From Candidatus Poribacteria bacterium (GTDB lineage Bacteria > Poribacteria > WGA-4E > PCPOR2b), in contig OZ244587.1 in assembly GCA_965218095.1 (NCBI GenBank), positions 2,496,001 to 2,560,000 of the forward strand: a DNA stretch of 64,000 bases, read 5' to 3'. Positions 19,346 to 30,663 of this stretch are shown one piece after another. Within the stretch, counting starts at the first letter, position 1. Each line of letters starts with the position of its first letter. The notes under the pieces were generated by a model. That model was not told the origin of the DNA, did no database searches, and worked only from the letters and a program-made list of their open reading frames with translations. The position numbers and the translations under genes are program-made.

Positions 19346-20671
19346 TCAGCCGATATTCTTCACAACCGTGTCTATCTGAATAACGATTTTAAGAATCAAT
19401 TCCAACATTTCCAGGTCGATCATGTTCGTCCCATCGCAAAGCGCCCGATCCGGATAGTCATGCACCTCCATGAAGAGGGCGTCTATCCCCACCGCAGCCG
19501 CTGCCCTTGCCAGATATGCTACGAGCTCCCGCCGGCCGCCAGATCTTTTCCCTAAACCGCCGGGCAACTGGGCGCTGTGGGTTGCGTCGAAGACAACAGG
19601 ATATCCAAACTCGCTCATGAGGGGAAGCGAACTCATGTCAACCACCAAATTGTTATAACCGAAACAGCTTCCCCTTTCTGTCAACAGAATCTGCTCATTC
19701 CCGGTGGATTCAATCTTCTCAACCACGTTCGTCATATCCCACGGTGCCATGAACTGACCTTTCTTGACATTTATCGGTTTCCCTGTCCTTCCGGACGAAA
19801 CGAGCAAATCCGTTTGTCGGCATAAGAAGGCGGGAATCTGAATCGCGTCGAGGACAGAAGCGGCAGGTTGAACCTGACTCATACAGTGAATATCCGACAG
19901 CACCGGCACACCGACCTCTCTTTGAACCGTCTCTAAGATGGAAAGTCCCGCCTCAAGCCCCGGCCCCCGATAGGAGTTTATCGCGGAACGGTTCGCCTTG
20001 TCATATGAGGATTTGAAGACGAAAGGGATACCTATCCGCTCAGAAATCTGCTTTATCGCCTCCGCCATCCGGAGAGTGTGGTCTTGACTTTCGATGACAC
20101 AGGGGCCAGCTATCAGTGTTATTGGGAGTCCACCTCCAATCTGAACTGCCCCGATTTGGACGACCTTTCCTTTTTTGTCGCTTTCTATTTCTTGTGAGAG
20201 GATCATGTCGCATATCTCCCGGACAGCCCCGGCGCCGCCGGGTTTTTCTGTCACATAATCGGCGTAACTTTTCACCTTATCGTGCGCATCAGCAACGGCA
20301 ACGGGAAGCCCAACGAATTGCAGAACCTCAATATCTCCGAAGTCGTCTCCGATGTAAAGCGTCTCATCAGGCGATATCCGATGTCTTTGGAGAATCCCCT
20401 TTAGAACGGAAAGCTTATCGTTCTCACCCAGGTGTATCTCGTCCACAAGGAGCTCCTGTGAGCGTCTCTTAGTAGCCTTGCTGCTTCTCCCTGAGATGAC
20501 AGCCGTCCGGATGCCATGCCTTTTGATCCGTTTAAGCCCTTCCCCATCATGGACATGAAAAGTCTTTATCTCCTCACCGGAATCGGTATAGTAAAGCCTT
20601 CCATTGGTCAACACCCCATCAACGTCCAGGACGAGGACTCGAATATTTTTTAATCTCTCAATGAAACGCAT
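19346..20671 (-). CDS. kdsA: Fused KdsC (KDO8P phosphatase) and KdsA (KDO8P synthase)
   Basis: N-term HAD DVDGVLT...GDD..D...GG.GAVRE; C-term [40 protein letters not shown]; one uninterrupted ORF (alternative start 20719). Confidence 0.93.
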   Translation of the reverse strand: MRFIERLKNIRVLVLDVDGVLTNGRLYYTDSGEEIKTFHVHDGEGLKRIKRHGIRTAVISGRSSKATKRRSQELLVDEIHLGENDKLSVLKGILQRHRISPDETLYIGDDFGDIEVLQFVGLPVAVADAHDKVKSYADYVTEKPGGAGAVREICDMILSQEIESDKKGKVVQIGAVQIGGGLPITLIAGPCVIESQDHTLRMAEAIKQISERIGIPFVFKSSYDKANRSAINSYRGPGLEAGLSILETVQREVGVPVLSDIHCMSQVQPAASVLDAIQIPAFLCRQTDLLVSSGRTGKPINVKKGQFMAPWDMTNVVEKIESTGNEQILLTERGSCFGYNNLVVDMSSLPLMSEFGYPVVFDATHSAQLPGGLGKRSGGRRELVAYLARAAAAVGIDALFMEVHDYPDRALCDGTNMIDLEMLELILKIVIQIDTVVKNIG

Positions 20672-21090
20672 AAGGATTCCATCTATCCTTTCCCAAGGCC
20701 GCATGAAAATTATGACCAAGCCTCAACCAAACAACGGTAGCCCAGCGATTTATCGCGGGGTGGCTGTTACCCAACTAGGTTCTCAAACTCCATGAACCGA
20801 CTTGAGCTATCCGCCCGATCTTCAGGGCATAAAGTGTCTACCCCTGAACCCTTGACGGGAGATAAGCGGGATGAGGGTGAACACACATTCACTCAACTGT
20901 TTGGTGCAACCACTGAATTTTTCTCCCCTCACCCCTTCGACTGAGTCACCGATGACGAAATAAAGAATACCATAACATCGAGAGAGAAGCAAACAGAAAC
21001 CAGAAACCGCAAAAAGCCTTGAATTTTTCGAGGTGCTTGTGATATGCTAATGAAGTTGCTCGGATTTTGGAGAGAAAGGAGGTGGGTAAA

Positions 21091-21312
21091 TTGGCTCGAG
21101 TATGCTATAGCTGTGGGAAAAAGCCCATGGCTGGTAACCGAATCAGCAAATCACGGCGGCATACCAAGCGGAGATGGCTGCCTAATCTGCAGCGTGTCCG
21201 CATTCAAACGGAAAGCGGTAATAAACGGGTTCGTGTATGCGCGCGATGCCTTCGGTCCGGGAAAATCATAAAAGCAGTCTCTGGCGGTGGGCAAGTCGCC
21301 TACGGCAATTGA
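21091..21312 (+). CDS. rpmB: 50S ribosomal protein L28 (zinc-ribbon form)
   Basis: AGGAGGTG RBS and TTG start; ARVCYSCGK..GN...TKRRWLPNLQ...VCARCLRSGK. Confidence 0.96.
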   Translation: MARVCYSCGKKPMAGNRISKSRRHTKRRWLPNLQRVRIQTESGNKRVRVCARCLRSGKIIKAVSGGGQVAYGN

Positions 21313-21373
21313 AAGCATAAAAGCGGAGATGGTTCAAGCTCGAAATCATAAAAGTGGAAACGTAAAGCATGTC

Positions 21374-23521
21374 CTATGTGAATCGAGTGACGCTTCGCAC
21401 CCCTTTTAAGTAGCGGATTGATTCCATAACAGCCTCTAACTGTTCGATCCCATTAACTGCTAAGGTTAATTGGTCATGCGCGGTGCCGGTATGCTGTGCC
21501 GTTGGACCGAGATTTCCTTTTATGATATTCACTTTGTACTGGGCAATTGATGTCGCAATTTCTCCAAGCATTCCGGGGCGATCATCACACTCGACGGAAA
21601 TCACCGTGGGGTAAGTGACCTGATCGACAGCTTTCCACTCAATGTGAACGATTCTTTCCGGCTCATTGATTATCCGAAGACAGTCTGATTTATGAATTGA
21701 AACACCTTGCCCCCGTGTGATATATCCGATGATCTCATCGCCGGGAATGGGCTTGCAACACTTCATGATACGCACGGCATCTAAATCGATACCTTCAAGG
21801 TGAATCGTTGGGGCTGAACGGGGAGTTTCTACGGCTTCCTCTTGTTGCTTGGTGGCAGCGGGCGGCTCTGGGCGTAGTAAGTTGACAACGTGCGTCGCTG
21901 ATTGCTTGCCATTGCCGATTTGCATGAACAAGTCATCAATGGTTTTTGGCTGCAATTGTTTCTTTTTTCCGGGCGTTATTTTTTCAACAACAGCAAGCAG
22001 GTCTGGCGATTTAAGGTAGTCCTTCAGATTAAGCTGGTGGCGCCGCATCTCAAGATCAAGAATTCGTTTCCCAAGATTAATTGCATGTGTGCGATCCTGC
22101 ATGTTGAGCCAATGCCGAATTTTGTTACGCGCCCGGGCCGTTTTAACCCACCGCAGCCAATCACGACTTGGATGCCCCTTTGCGTTAGTAACGATTTTAA
22201 CCCGGTCCCCATTCTGTAAGTGATATTTGAGGGGCACCATCACGCCGTTAACTTCTGCACCACAACACGTTTGTCCAATATCAGTGTGTATTTTGTATGC
22301 AAAGTCAATCGGTGTCGAACCCGCGGGCAGGCTGTGGAGATCTCCTTGGGGCGTAAAGACAAAAACCTCATCAGGAAACAACTCGCCTTTCATTGATCGG
22401 ATAAACTGGTAAGGATCTCTAAACTCTTGAATCTCCTCTAGCATGTCCCTGAACCAGGTGAAAATCCGCTCGCTTTCCGTTTTTGATGGAACTCCTTCCT
22501 TATACCGCCAATGGGCGGCAATCCCATATTCAGAAACCTGGTGCATTTCCTCAGTCCGGATCTGAACTTCTACCGGACGCTCGCGCTCCAAAATTGTTGT
22601 GTGCAATGATCGATAGCCATTCGCTTTGGGAAGTCCAATAAAATCCTTGAACCGCTCTGGAATATGATGCCATTGCTCGTGGAATACCCCAAGCGCGGCG
22701 TAGCAATCAGGAGTTGTCTTGACCAAAACGCGCAACCCTGTGAGATCGAAAATCTCTTCAAAAGGCGTCCCTTTCTCATGAATCTTCCGGTAGATGCTAC
22801 AGATATTCTTAGATCTGCCATAGACTTGCGCTTCGATGCCCCAGGGGGCTAGTTCTCGCTGGACGATGCCAACCAACTTATTCGTATACGCTTCCCGCTT
22901 CTCCAATTTCTCCGCGAGGAGACTGGCGATTTCTCTGTATTCGATGGGGTACAGGTATTTGAACGCCAGATCTTCAAGCCTGCTTTTGATCTGCCAAATC
23001 CCCAATCGATGGGCAAGCGGTGCATAAACCTCAGAGGTTTGCTTGGCAATCCGTTCCTGCTTATGTGGAGGCAGGAAGGACAGTGTGTTCATATTATGCA
23101 GCCGATCGGCAAGTTTAATGAGGATGACCCGGATATCTTTTGCTGTTGCAAGCAGTAGCCTCAGGTAATTCTCCGCCTGTCTTTGTTGCACCCCGCCCTT
23201 GAACTCATACTTACTAATATTGGTCACGCCTTCAACAAGTTGGGCAATTGTTTCTCCAAATCGGCTCGCAAGTTCATCACGGGTGACTGATGTATCTTCC
23301 AGCACGTCATGCAGCAGCCCGGCGCAGATCGTATCCATGTCCAATTTCAATTCAACTAACGTCTTAGCTGTCTCAAAGCAGTGCGTAAAATAAGGATCTC
23401 CAGACTTCCGCGGTATACCACTATGGCATGCCTCGCTATATTCATAGCTTCTGCGCAGGAGATCAAAGTCCGCATCAGGGTTATAGGCTCGGATTTGGTT
23501 AATTAAATATTCGACACTCAT
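21374..23521 (-). CDS. rel: Bifunctional (p)ppGpp synthetase/hydrolase (RelA/SpoT homolog)
   Basis: RKSGDPY..H, LLHDVLEDT (HD intact), KLADRLHN, RFKD, YRSLHT, EVQIRT, TGS DFAY.IHT, CC and ACT domains. Confidence 0.96.
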   Translation of the reverse strand: MSVEYLINQIRAYNPDADFDLLRRSYEYSEACHSGIPRKSGDPYFTHCFETAKTLVELKLDMDTICAGLLHDVLEDTSVTRDELASRFGETIAQLVEGVTNISKYEFKGGVQQRQAENYLRLLLATAKDIRVILIKLADRLHNMNTLSFLPPHKQERIAKQTSEVYAPLAHRLGIWQIKSRLEDLAFKYLYPIEYREIASLLAEKLEKREAYTNKLVGIVQRELAPWGIEAQVYGRSKNICSIYRKIHEKGTPFEEIFDLTGLRVLVKTTPDCYAALGVFHEQWHHIPERFKDFIGLPKANGYRSLHTTILERERPVEVQIRTEEMHQVSEYGIAAHWRYKEGVPSKTESERIFTWFRDMLEEIQEFRDPYQFIRSMKGELFPDEVFVFTPQGDLHSLPAGSTPIDFAYKIHTDIGQTCCGAEVNGVMVPLKYHLQNGDRVKIVTNAKGHPSRDWLRWVKTARARNKIRHWLNMQDRTHAINLGKRILDLEMRRHQLNLKDYLKSPDLLAVVEKITPGKKKQLQPKTIDDLFMQIGNGKQSATHVVNLLRPEPPAATKQQEEAVETPRSAPTIHLEGIDLDAVRIMKCCKPIPGDEIIGYITRGQGVSIHKSDCLRIINEPERIVHIEWKAVDQVTYPTVISVECDDRPGMLGEIATSIAQYKVNIIKGNLGPTAQHTGTAHDQLTLAVNGIEQLEAVMESIRYLKGVRSVTRFT

Positions 23522-26051
23522 ACGATACCTTCTTCCAAATTTGTTGGATGTTTTGCCGCAGTTGAAATTCCGAAAACAACTGGCTCGTCTGTTTAACCTG
23601 TTCACCATTCAGATAGGTTTCGGATTCGTGAAGTTGACGCTTCTTCGACGGCGGCGGTAAAAGCTGGATTTCGCGTTTGGGAGAATCTGAGTATTGAACC
23701 AAAAGCCGTAATTCTTCAAGGATTGAAAGCCCATTCGCGACGGCGAAAGCTGGAATTGAATCGGCCTGGGCTCCTGCCATCACTCCCTCGAGTGCAAGTT
23801 GCTTACCGTTGCCCTGACTTAGCGTTTGCAGCATTTTATAGAGCTTTCTCAGGGTCTGTTCATCTGGATATTCCCAAGAAATACATTTCTGCATCCATTC
23901 TATATCCTTCGGATTATAAATCAGATGGATGTATGTCGTTTCAGGATGTTTGAATGCTGGCTGACATCGATTAAAGAACATCAATTGCTGAGGGATTGGG
24001 TGACAGAATACAAGGTGGTTGACATGAGGCAGATTGGTCAAGGTACAACTTGAAGCAATCGCGAGCAGTTCCCGCTTTGCCAGTTTATCCACTATGAACT
24101 GTTTTTCGGTTTCAGACATATCCGCGTCGCACCGACCAATTTCCTCTTTTGAACCGATCAACGCAAGAATCTGGTCTAACGCCTTTCCGTCTCGCACATA
24201 TAACAGCGTGGATTCCCCCCGATCGAGTAGGTTGAGAAGGTAATTCTGCTTGCTTCTCACATTGCGGCGATCAACAATTCTCACAGGGCTTTCCATGTCC
24301 TCTGTTGGGAATACCGCTTGAAGGGAATGGCGGTCAACCGTGTGCAGTTGAAGATCTTCAATCTTCAATTGGAGGCGACGGGTATTGTTCCATTCATTAA
24401 TCTCCGGCTCAAAAGCCAGATCCAATCGGATGTTCTTATTTCTCAGCGCAGTGAAGTGATCTGACATACGCCACCCAACGGCTTCGACTGTTTGACGCCC
24501 GTCCGTCACAAACAGCTTGAGATGGTTCTTCTCCTTCCCAATTAAGTCCGGTGGTCGCTGGAGAAACAGGTTGTGCATCGCAAGGCGCGGCGATGGATTA
24601 TCCGCCCCAAAAGGTTCAAGCAGATGCAGTTCTTCTATGGCTGCCAGCGTCAAATAAGGCGTCTCCACTTCAAGGTCTACGCTCAACTTCGGAACGAGAT
24701 CTTCATCAGAGAGGTGTTCAGAGGCATATTCGTTAAATCGCTTCGCAAATCTGGGGATATTCCTCGTTTTGATTGTCAGCCCTGCTGCCGCCTTATGCCC
24801 ACCATGTTTGACCAACAGCTTGTCACATGCGTTCAAACTGGCAGCGAGGTCAATGCCTTCGATGCCGCGTCCGGAGCCGTGCGCTTCGTCGCCATCGATT
24901 GCAAGCAGGAACACAGGACGGTAATACTGCTCAAGAATCCGTGAGGCGACAATACCAACAACCCCTCGATGCCACTTCTCGTGGGCGACAACCAAACCCT
25001 TCACCTTGTCGAGATTTACCTCTTTTTTAATCGTTGCAACTGCTTGCTCCTGGATTCGATTCTCCACCTCCCGCCGCTCTCGATTATGGGCGTCAAGCTC
25101 TTTGGCGATTGGCGCCGCTTCTTCGTAAGATTCAGTCGTCAACAACCGAACCACCTTGCTTGCTGTGTCCATTCGCCCAGCCGCGTTAATGCGGGGACCT
25201 AACACATACGACAGCGTATGCCCAACGATTGGCTTGTAGGGGCTATGGTTCGCCACATCGCAGAGCGCCCGAACCCCAGGACGTTCACGTTTGTTGATTT
25301 CCGCCAGGCCAAGCCGCGTGAGGATTCGATTCTCCCCCGTCAGCGTGGCGATGTCCACAACCGTGCCGAGCGCGACCAGATCGAGTTGAGATTGGAGAAA
25401 CGGATTCAGGTCGTCGCCCCCCATCAATCCGTGCGCCAACTTGAACGCCAATCCAACCCCCGCGAGCCCATCGAAGGGGTATTCGCTCTCCGGCATCTTC
25501 GGAGTGATGATGGCGTAAGCCGGCGGCTGCGCGTCGGGGCGCGGCTGATGGTGGTCTGTGATAATGACATCCACACCGATCTCGTTGGCAAGCTCCACCT
25601 CTTCAATCGACGTAATCCCGCAGTCAACCGTGATTAACAGATCGCAGCCCTCATCCTTTAGTTCCCGCATCGCTTTCTTGTTGAGCCCATATCCTTCCTT
25701 AAAACGGTCGGGAATATACGGCGCCACCGGGAAATCGAGATGCCGAAATGTGTTTAGCAACAGCGAAGCCGCTGTCGTGCCATCGGTATCGTAATCTCCG
25801 AAGATCCAGACTTGTTCGCTGCGCTTCATCGCTGCACGGATGCGCTCAACCGCCTTTTCCATCCCGTACATCTTGAATGGCGGATGTAGATCTGCGGTTG
25901 TTGGATATAAATACGCACGCGCTGCATCTTCCGCTTCAATGCCTCGATTGATGAGAAGTTGCGCGACCAACTGCGAAATTCCCAGTCGCACTGCCAGCCG
26001 GGAACTCTTCTCGATGTCATGGGTTTTAACCTGCCAGATTTTTTGTTTCAT
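23499..26051 (-). CDS. recJ: ssDNA exonuclease RecJ with long C-terminal extension
   Basis: GDYDTDG, TVDCG, TDHH, PRINAAGR, GSGR, GGH..AAG, LEPFG.DNP; about 270 extra C-terminal residues. Confidence 0.96.
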   Translation of the reverse strand: MKQKIWQVKTHDIEKSSRLAVRLGISQLVAQLLINRGIEAEDAARAYLYPTTADLHPPFKMYGMEKAVERIRAAMKRSEQVWIFGDYDTDGTTAASLLLNTFRHLDFPVAPYIPDRFKEGYGLNKKAMRELKDEGCDLLITVDCGITSIEEVELANEIGVDVIITDHHQPRPDAQPPAYAIITPKMPESEYPFDGLAGVGLAFKLAHGLMGGDDLNPFLQSQLDLVALGTVVDIATLTGENRILTRLGLAEINKRERPGVRALCDVANHSPYKPIVGHTLSYVLGPRINAAGRMDTASKVVRLLTTESYEEAAPIAKELDAHNRERREVENRIQEQAVATIKKEVNLDKVKGLVVAHEKWHRGVVGIVASRILEQYYRPVFLLAIDGDEAHGSGRGIEGIDLAASLNACDKLLVKHGGHKAAAGLTIKTRNIPRFAKRFNEYASEHLSDEDLVPKLSVDLEVETPYLTLAAIEELHLLEPFGADNPSPRLAMHNLFLQRPPDLIGKEKNHLKLFVTDGRQTVEAVGWRMSDHFTALRNKNIRLDLAFEPEINEWNNTRRLQLKIEDLQLHTVDRHSLQAVFPTEDMESPVRIVDRRNVRSKQNYLLNLLDRGESTLLYVRDGKALDQILALIGSKEEIGRCDADMSETEKQFIVDKLAKRELLAIASSCTLTNLPHVNHLVFCHPIPQQLMFFNRCQPAFKHPETTYIHLIYNPKDIEWMQKCISWEYPDEQTLRKLYKMLQTLSQGNGKQLALEGVMAGAQADSIPAFAVANGLSILEELRLLVQYSDSPKREIQLLPPPSKKRQLHESETYLNGEQVKQTSQLFSEFQLRQNIQQIWKKVSYECRIFN

Positions 26052-26227
26052 GATAGTGCTATATTATCATGAATCCATTTTCTCGTCAAGAGGAGATTGA
26101 CGTTCAAAAGCCGTAAAAAAATCGATTTTTGTTGACACGGGTATGCGCTTGCTGGTAGCTTGTATATGAACTGGGTTTGGTTTCCTTTCTCCCCAATATT
26201 TCCTGAAAGATGTTTAAGGAGTTCATC

Positions 26228-27049
26228 ATGGAAACAAGTCCGTTAATTGAAGGACAAAAAAGTATTCTAACTGAAGAACAGAAGCGCCAATGGAAGGAAG
26301 ATGGCTATCTTGTCCTGAAAGACATCCTGTCTTCAGAAGAAATTGAGAACCTAACAGCCGTTGTTGATCGGATGTATGAGGAACATCTCCAACAGCCCGA
26401 CGTGGAGCCGGGTGCGGGGCTTGATCGGCGAAACGTCATGGAGGAACACGATATTTTCGTCGAATTAATCGACCATCCCGTGACATTTCCGGTCGTGCTT
26501 GAGCTCATGAGCCCGTACATACACTTGAGCATGTCTGAGGTGATGGTTCCCCTGAAGGTAAGGGGCTTTTGCACACAGATGGTGGTCAGGCGATGAGACA
26601 GCTAAGGGTCAGCGAAAGCAGTCTTCCGTTCCAGATCAAGCTTCAATATTTCCTGACCGATCTACCGGCACCGGATATGGGTAACTTCACGCTTGTCCCT
26701 GGCAGTCACAATCGTCCCTTTCCAGAAGGAGGATTCGAGGAGGGACCTTATATCCCTGAAGCGGTGCAACTGTGTGAGGCGGCCGGCGACGTGGCGATCT
26801 TTCCCCATGCAATGTGGCACGGTTTCGTCGCAAACAGATCAGCCGCGAAAAACGCTGATTTATTGCTATGTCCATCAATGTCTTCGTGCATTTGATTTTG
26901 AAAAGGCGTCGCCAGAACTTTTGGAAAGGTGTATGCCTCGACAGCGAAGGTTAATCGGGGATATTGGCGAGTGGAAGTTTGGTTCTTACTTCTATTCCCC
27001 CCCAGATTAGGTGGAATTGATGACAGGGCTCGAACAGAAAAAAGAGTAA
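26228..27049 (+). pseudogene. PhyH-family dioxygenase, two frameshifts and an internal TAG
   Basis: LTEEQ..QW.EDGYLV, HTDGG, LVPGSH, GDVAIF...WHG and the C-terminus lie in three different frames; TAG at 27008. Confidence 0.85.
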
Positions 27050-27298
27050 CTCAGCGCCCTGAGGCATGACACGACCTGGTGATTGAGCCGGTGCGCGATT
27101 GCCAAACTTTTCCAAAGGCGCGGAGTTGAGCAGAAGGGATCTCAAAGCTTCAAATCGAAGGGATGGGAACGCAGAAATCCTTCCGTTCCTTCCCTTCTTT
27201 GAAGTAATACCGTTTACAGTTCATAATGACACTTTCTCAGATAGACTAACGCCGAAATCTGCCCGTATATCTTGCATAATGAGGATTTTGGAAAGCTG

Positions 27299-27660
27299 TC
27301 ATTTTAAAGTGCATTTGGTATAAATTCTAAAAAACAACTTCCACTTCTGTTCTGCTGGGGTTGCACCCCAGCGACATAAGATAGGCCGGGGTAAAGACGA
27401 AGTATTCGCCAAAGCCGTAGGGGTTGCATGGAGACTGCTCTTAAAAATCAGTCCCACAACAAACAGCGCAACTGCTACACCGATCAATATGAGTTCGTGC
27501 TTGATGTCGAAATCCGCGTCTTCGTCAGATTCGGCATTTGATTGCTCGACGATTTCGACATACGGTTCCACCTGCTTGACAACGTGGCGAATACCTTCGA
27601 TACGGGACACTATGGCGATCTGACTCTTTCGATTCCCACATTGAGGGTCACAAAAGTGTC
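27299..27660 (-). pseudogene. N-terminal remnant of a CadA/ZntA-type heavy-metal P1B ATPase
   Basis: IRHVVKQVEPYVE followed by the first TM LILIGVAVALFVVGLIF...LHATP, then breaks off. Confidence 0.5.
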
Positions 27661-27664
27661 TTCG

Positions 27665-28981
27665 CTAAACTACCTCCGCCTGAATGAATTTCCCCTCCAA
27701 ATCCATCAATTTCACGGGTAAAGTTTGGTTAATTGCGAGATTCGGCAGATCCATTAAAACACGCAGATAATTTCCCGTAAAGCCGGCCAACTTTCCGTCC
27801 TTTCCTTCCCGGCTATCTTCAACCAACACATCCATCGTTTTGCCCAGCATGCGACGTCGAAATTCAAGACCGAGCCGCTTTCCCAACGCAATCATCGCCT
27901 TACTGCGTTCAACGGAAATGTGTGGCGGTATCTGATCCGCGTAATCTGCTGCCGGCGTGCCGCGGCGAGGGGAGTAACGGAAGACGTGTAACTGACTGAA
28001 ACCGATTGCCTCGACAAATCGAAGCGAGTCCTCAAAATCGGCGTCGGTCTCTCCCGGAAAGCCGACCATGACATCGGTGGTGAGTCCAACGTCCGGAAAT
28101 GCAGCGCGAAGTTTCTCGACCAGATACGCAAACCCCCTTGTTGTATAACGCCGACGCATCTGGCGCAAAATCTTATCGCTCCCGGACTGTAGCGGAAGAT
28201 GGAAATGTGGCATGCACTTGGACAGTGCCGCCATCCGACCTACAAGATCATCCGGGAAATTCATCGCCTCGATTGAACTGAAACGGATGCGCTCAATTCC
28301 GTCGATTGGGTGGACGCGCTCCAAAATGTCAGCAATGGTCGTCCGCCTTCCAATGTCGAGTCCGTAAGCCCCCAAATGCACGCCGGTAATCACGATCTCC
28401 TTATACCCGTTTGCTGCAATCTGCTCGGCTTCCTTCACGATGTCTCGAAGTGGACGACTTGTCATGCGGCCGCGGACATAAGGGATGATGCAGTACGTGC
28501 AGAAGGCACTGCACCCGTCTTGAACCTTGATGAGTGCCCGTGTCTGTTTTCCTGCGGTGCTCAACGACATGCTGAAGTTCGCATGTTCGCGGATGGCGTC
28601 GTGGCGGCTTGGCTGGATCTGTAGGCGGTATGAATTCGATTCGTGAAGGCGGGCTAGATATTTCTGGAGGTCTGCCTTTTCACGATTTCCAAAGACAAGT
28701 GAAACGCCCGGTATCCCCTCGATTGCTTCCCGATCGTTTTCAGCGTAGCAACCCGTGACGAGCACTTTGGCATCGGGATTTTTCCGAACCGCTCGCCGGA
28801 TGACTTGACGGGCTTTCTGATCCGCGACGTTTGTGACGGTGCAGGTGTTGATGATGTAGATATCGGCTGCATCCTTCTCCGTCACAATGGTATACCCATT
28901 CCGAAGCATGACCTCCTGCATTGCTTGTGTATCGTATTGATTCACCTTGCACCCCAAGGTGATCAGTGCTGCTGTTGGCAT
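27665..28981 (-). CDS. mtaB: tRNA t6A37 methylthiotransferase MtaB
   Basis: TLGCKVNQYD, INTCTVT, VTGCY, KVQDGCSAFCTYCIIPY.RG, H.PLQSGSD, G.TGNY. Confidence 0.95.
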   Translation of the reverse strand: MPTAALITLGCKVNQYDTQAMQEVMLRNGYTIVTEKDAADIYIINTCTVTNVADQKARQVIRRAVRKNPDAKVLVTGCYAENDREAIEGIPGVSLVFGNREKADLQKYLARLHESNSYRLQIQPSRHDAIREHANFSMSLSTAGKQTRALIKVQDGCSAFCTYCIIPYVRGRMTSRPLRDIVKEAEQIAANGYKEIVITGVHLGAYGLDIGRRTTIADILERVHPIDGIERIRFSSIEAMNFPDDLVGRMAALSKCMPHFHLPLQSGSDKILRQMRRRYTTRGFAYLVEKLRAAFPDVGLTTDVMVGFPGETDADFEDSLRFVEAIGFSQLHVFRYSPRRGTPAADYADQIPPHISVERSKAMIALGKRLGLEFRRRMLGKTMDVLVEDSREGKDGKLAGFTGNYLRVLMDLPNLAINQTLPVKLMDLEGKFIQAEVV

Positions 28982-29043
28982 TTTCTCGTTCCTTCTAAAA
29001 TTGTGGTGGTGCAGTCGTTTCAACGAAATTTCCTTAATTGATT

Positions 29044-29414
29044 CTAAAATCCCATCCGATCACCTTTCTCATGTCTTCGGGGAAGCGCGACGATAAATGC
29101 ATTGCCTTCTAAACACAGATCCGATTTACTACCTCTGGTCTCACGAAGCCTCCGAATCATCCTCGGAATACCGCTGCCTGCGTCGGTGACAAGCCCAATT
29201 TTCAGGAAGATATTGTAAATGGTCGCGTTACGCAACACATGGACGCCCAATCTGAGGGAATCGATCGTCACCGTATTAGGAAGTTGTCCGGGTGTGCGAA
29301 TCTCAACGCGGTCATGGACGCCCCTAAGACATCGGGCTGAATCCCCCATTCCTTGAATTCGGTGTGAAGGTTTTCCCCACTTTCCAGACGGGTGGTGAGC
29401 TCGGTGAGATTCAT
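29044..29414 (-). pseudogene. AlbA_2 (Schlafen-like) / RecG-C (HATPase_c_4) protein with a large internal deletion
   Basis: MNLTEL..RLESGENLHTEFKE N-terminus joined out of frame to DRVEIRTPG.LP...RN.TI...GSGIPRM. Confidence 0.75.
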
Positions 29415-29773
29415 GAGGCGTTTTCCCCTTCATCACGCTGCCGCCAAATTCGGTTTGAGAGCGTTTTTGCCGAAAATAACCGAAAACATCTGTCCCGTCG
29501 CCACATGTTTCGTTGCGACATCCATGTAGGCGGCACTGAATGTTCGCCGCGGTTTCGAGGTGCGATTCACCCCGGAACGATTGAGAATCACCAACTTTTG
29601 GTCCCCATTTTCGCTTTGGTTAGAAATGATACGTTTGCACGCTAAGTATTGAATCCGATATTGACATATCAGTCAAGTTAAGCAAAGCGAGTCCTCATCC
29701 ATCGAGGATACCAGATGCAAAGTGGGAGTGATGTGAATTATGACCTGTGGCTCAAAATACGCCCCGCCCCGTT

Positions 29774-30583
29774 CTACTCTTTCAAATCCGTCTTTTTCGA
29801 CGGCATGACAATAATCTCAATTCGACGATTTCTCGCCCTTCCTTCGGTGGTTTCATTCGTATCGATTGGGCGGTAATATGCATAGCCGGCAGCCGCCAAC
29901 CGGATTGCATCCACACCGGCGTGCACTTGCAGGTAGCGAACCGCCGAAATCGCTCGCGCCGTGGATAAGTCCCAATTGTTCAGGAGCGAACCTTTGAACG
30001 GAACGTTGTCGGTATGCCCCTCAACACGAATCTCCCGGTCTGGATAACGGTTTAGGAAGGTCTTGGCAATCTGATTCAGAACCCGCTTCCCATCAGACTT
30101 AATCTGCGATTTCCCGGAGTCGAACAGGATCTTATCCATTAGATTGACTGTCAATTGTCCTCTCAATTCCGTAATGGTAATTTCTTTATCCTGAATTTCC
30201 CGTTGCAAACTCTCACGGAGATCTCGAAATTCTTCTGCCCTGCGTTTTAACTCGTCCTCCCTCCGCTTTTTCTCCGAAAGGAGTTTCATCTTCTCTGCTT
30301 CCGCTTTTGCTTTGGCTTCGCTCAAGTTGCTTGCGCGTGTCTGTATCTCGTCAATGGTATTCTCCAAGATCTCGATCTTGTTTCGCTTCGCTTCAAGTTC
30401 TGCACGGGTTGCGGTTAATTCGCGCTGGAGTTTTGCGGACCGGTTTTCATAAGCAATGCGACTGGCTTGTTCCGTCTCAAAATTCTTCTTGAACTTGAAG
30501 AGATAATAACTCATGGTGGTGACAAGAATAACTAGGACGAGCGCAGCAATGCCGCCGATGAGATAGAGTTGTTTCTTGTCCAT
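29774..30583 (-). CDS. OmpA/MotB-family peptidoglycan-binding protein with coiled coil
   Basis: N-terminal TM, coiled coil, ILFDSG, VEGHTDNVP, NWDLSTARA, NRRIEI. Confidence 0.9.
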   Translation of the reverse strand: MDKKQLYLIGGIAALVLVILVTTMSYYLFKFKKNFETEQASRIAYENRSAKLQRELTATRAELEAKRNKIEILENTIDEIQTRASNLSEAKAKAEAEKMKLLSEKKRREDELKRRAEEFRDLRESLQREIQDKEITITELRGQLTVNLMDKILFDSGKSQIKSDGKRVLNQIAKTFLNRYPDREIRVEGHTDNVPFKGSLLNNWDLSTARAISAVRYLQVHAGVDAIRLAAAGYAYYRPIDTNETTEGRARNRRIEIIVMPSKKTDLKE

Positions 30584-30663
30584 CCGTTTCAGCTACCTCC
30601 GTTGTGCAACACGTAAAACGTGAGCAATGCGTAAAGAATGAACGCCTGAACTGCTCGCCCTGC

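Noticed and set aside
20720-21000. Possible riboswitch upstream of kdsC-kdsA
   Set aside because: Contains hairpins but no aptamer consensus I can identify
29774-30583. Flagellar motor MotB
   Set aside because: No motA neighbour and the TM lacks the W..[TS]Y.D motif; treated as a generic OmpA/MotB protein
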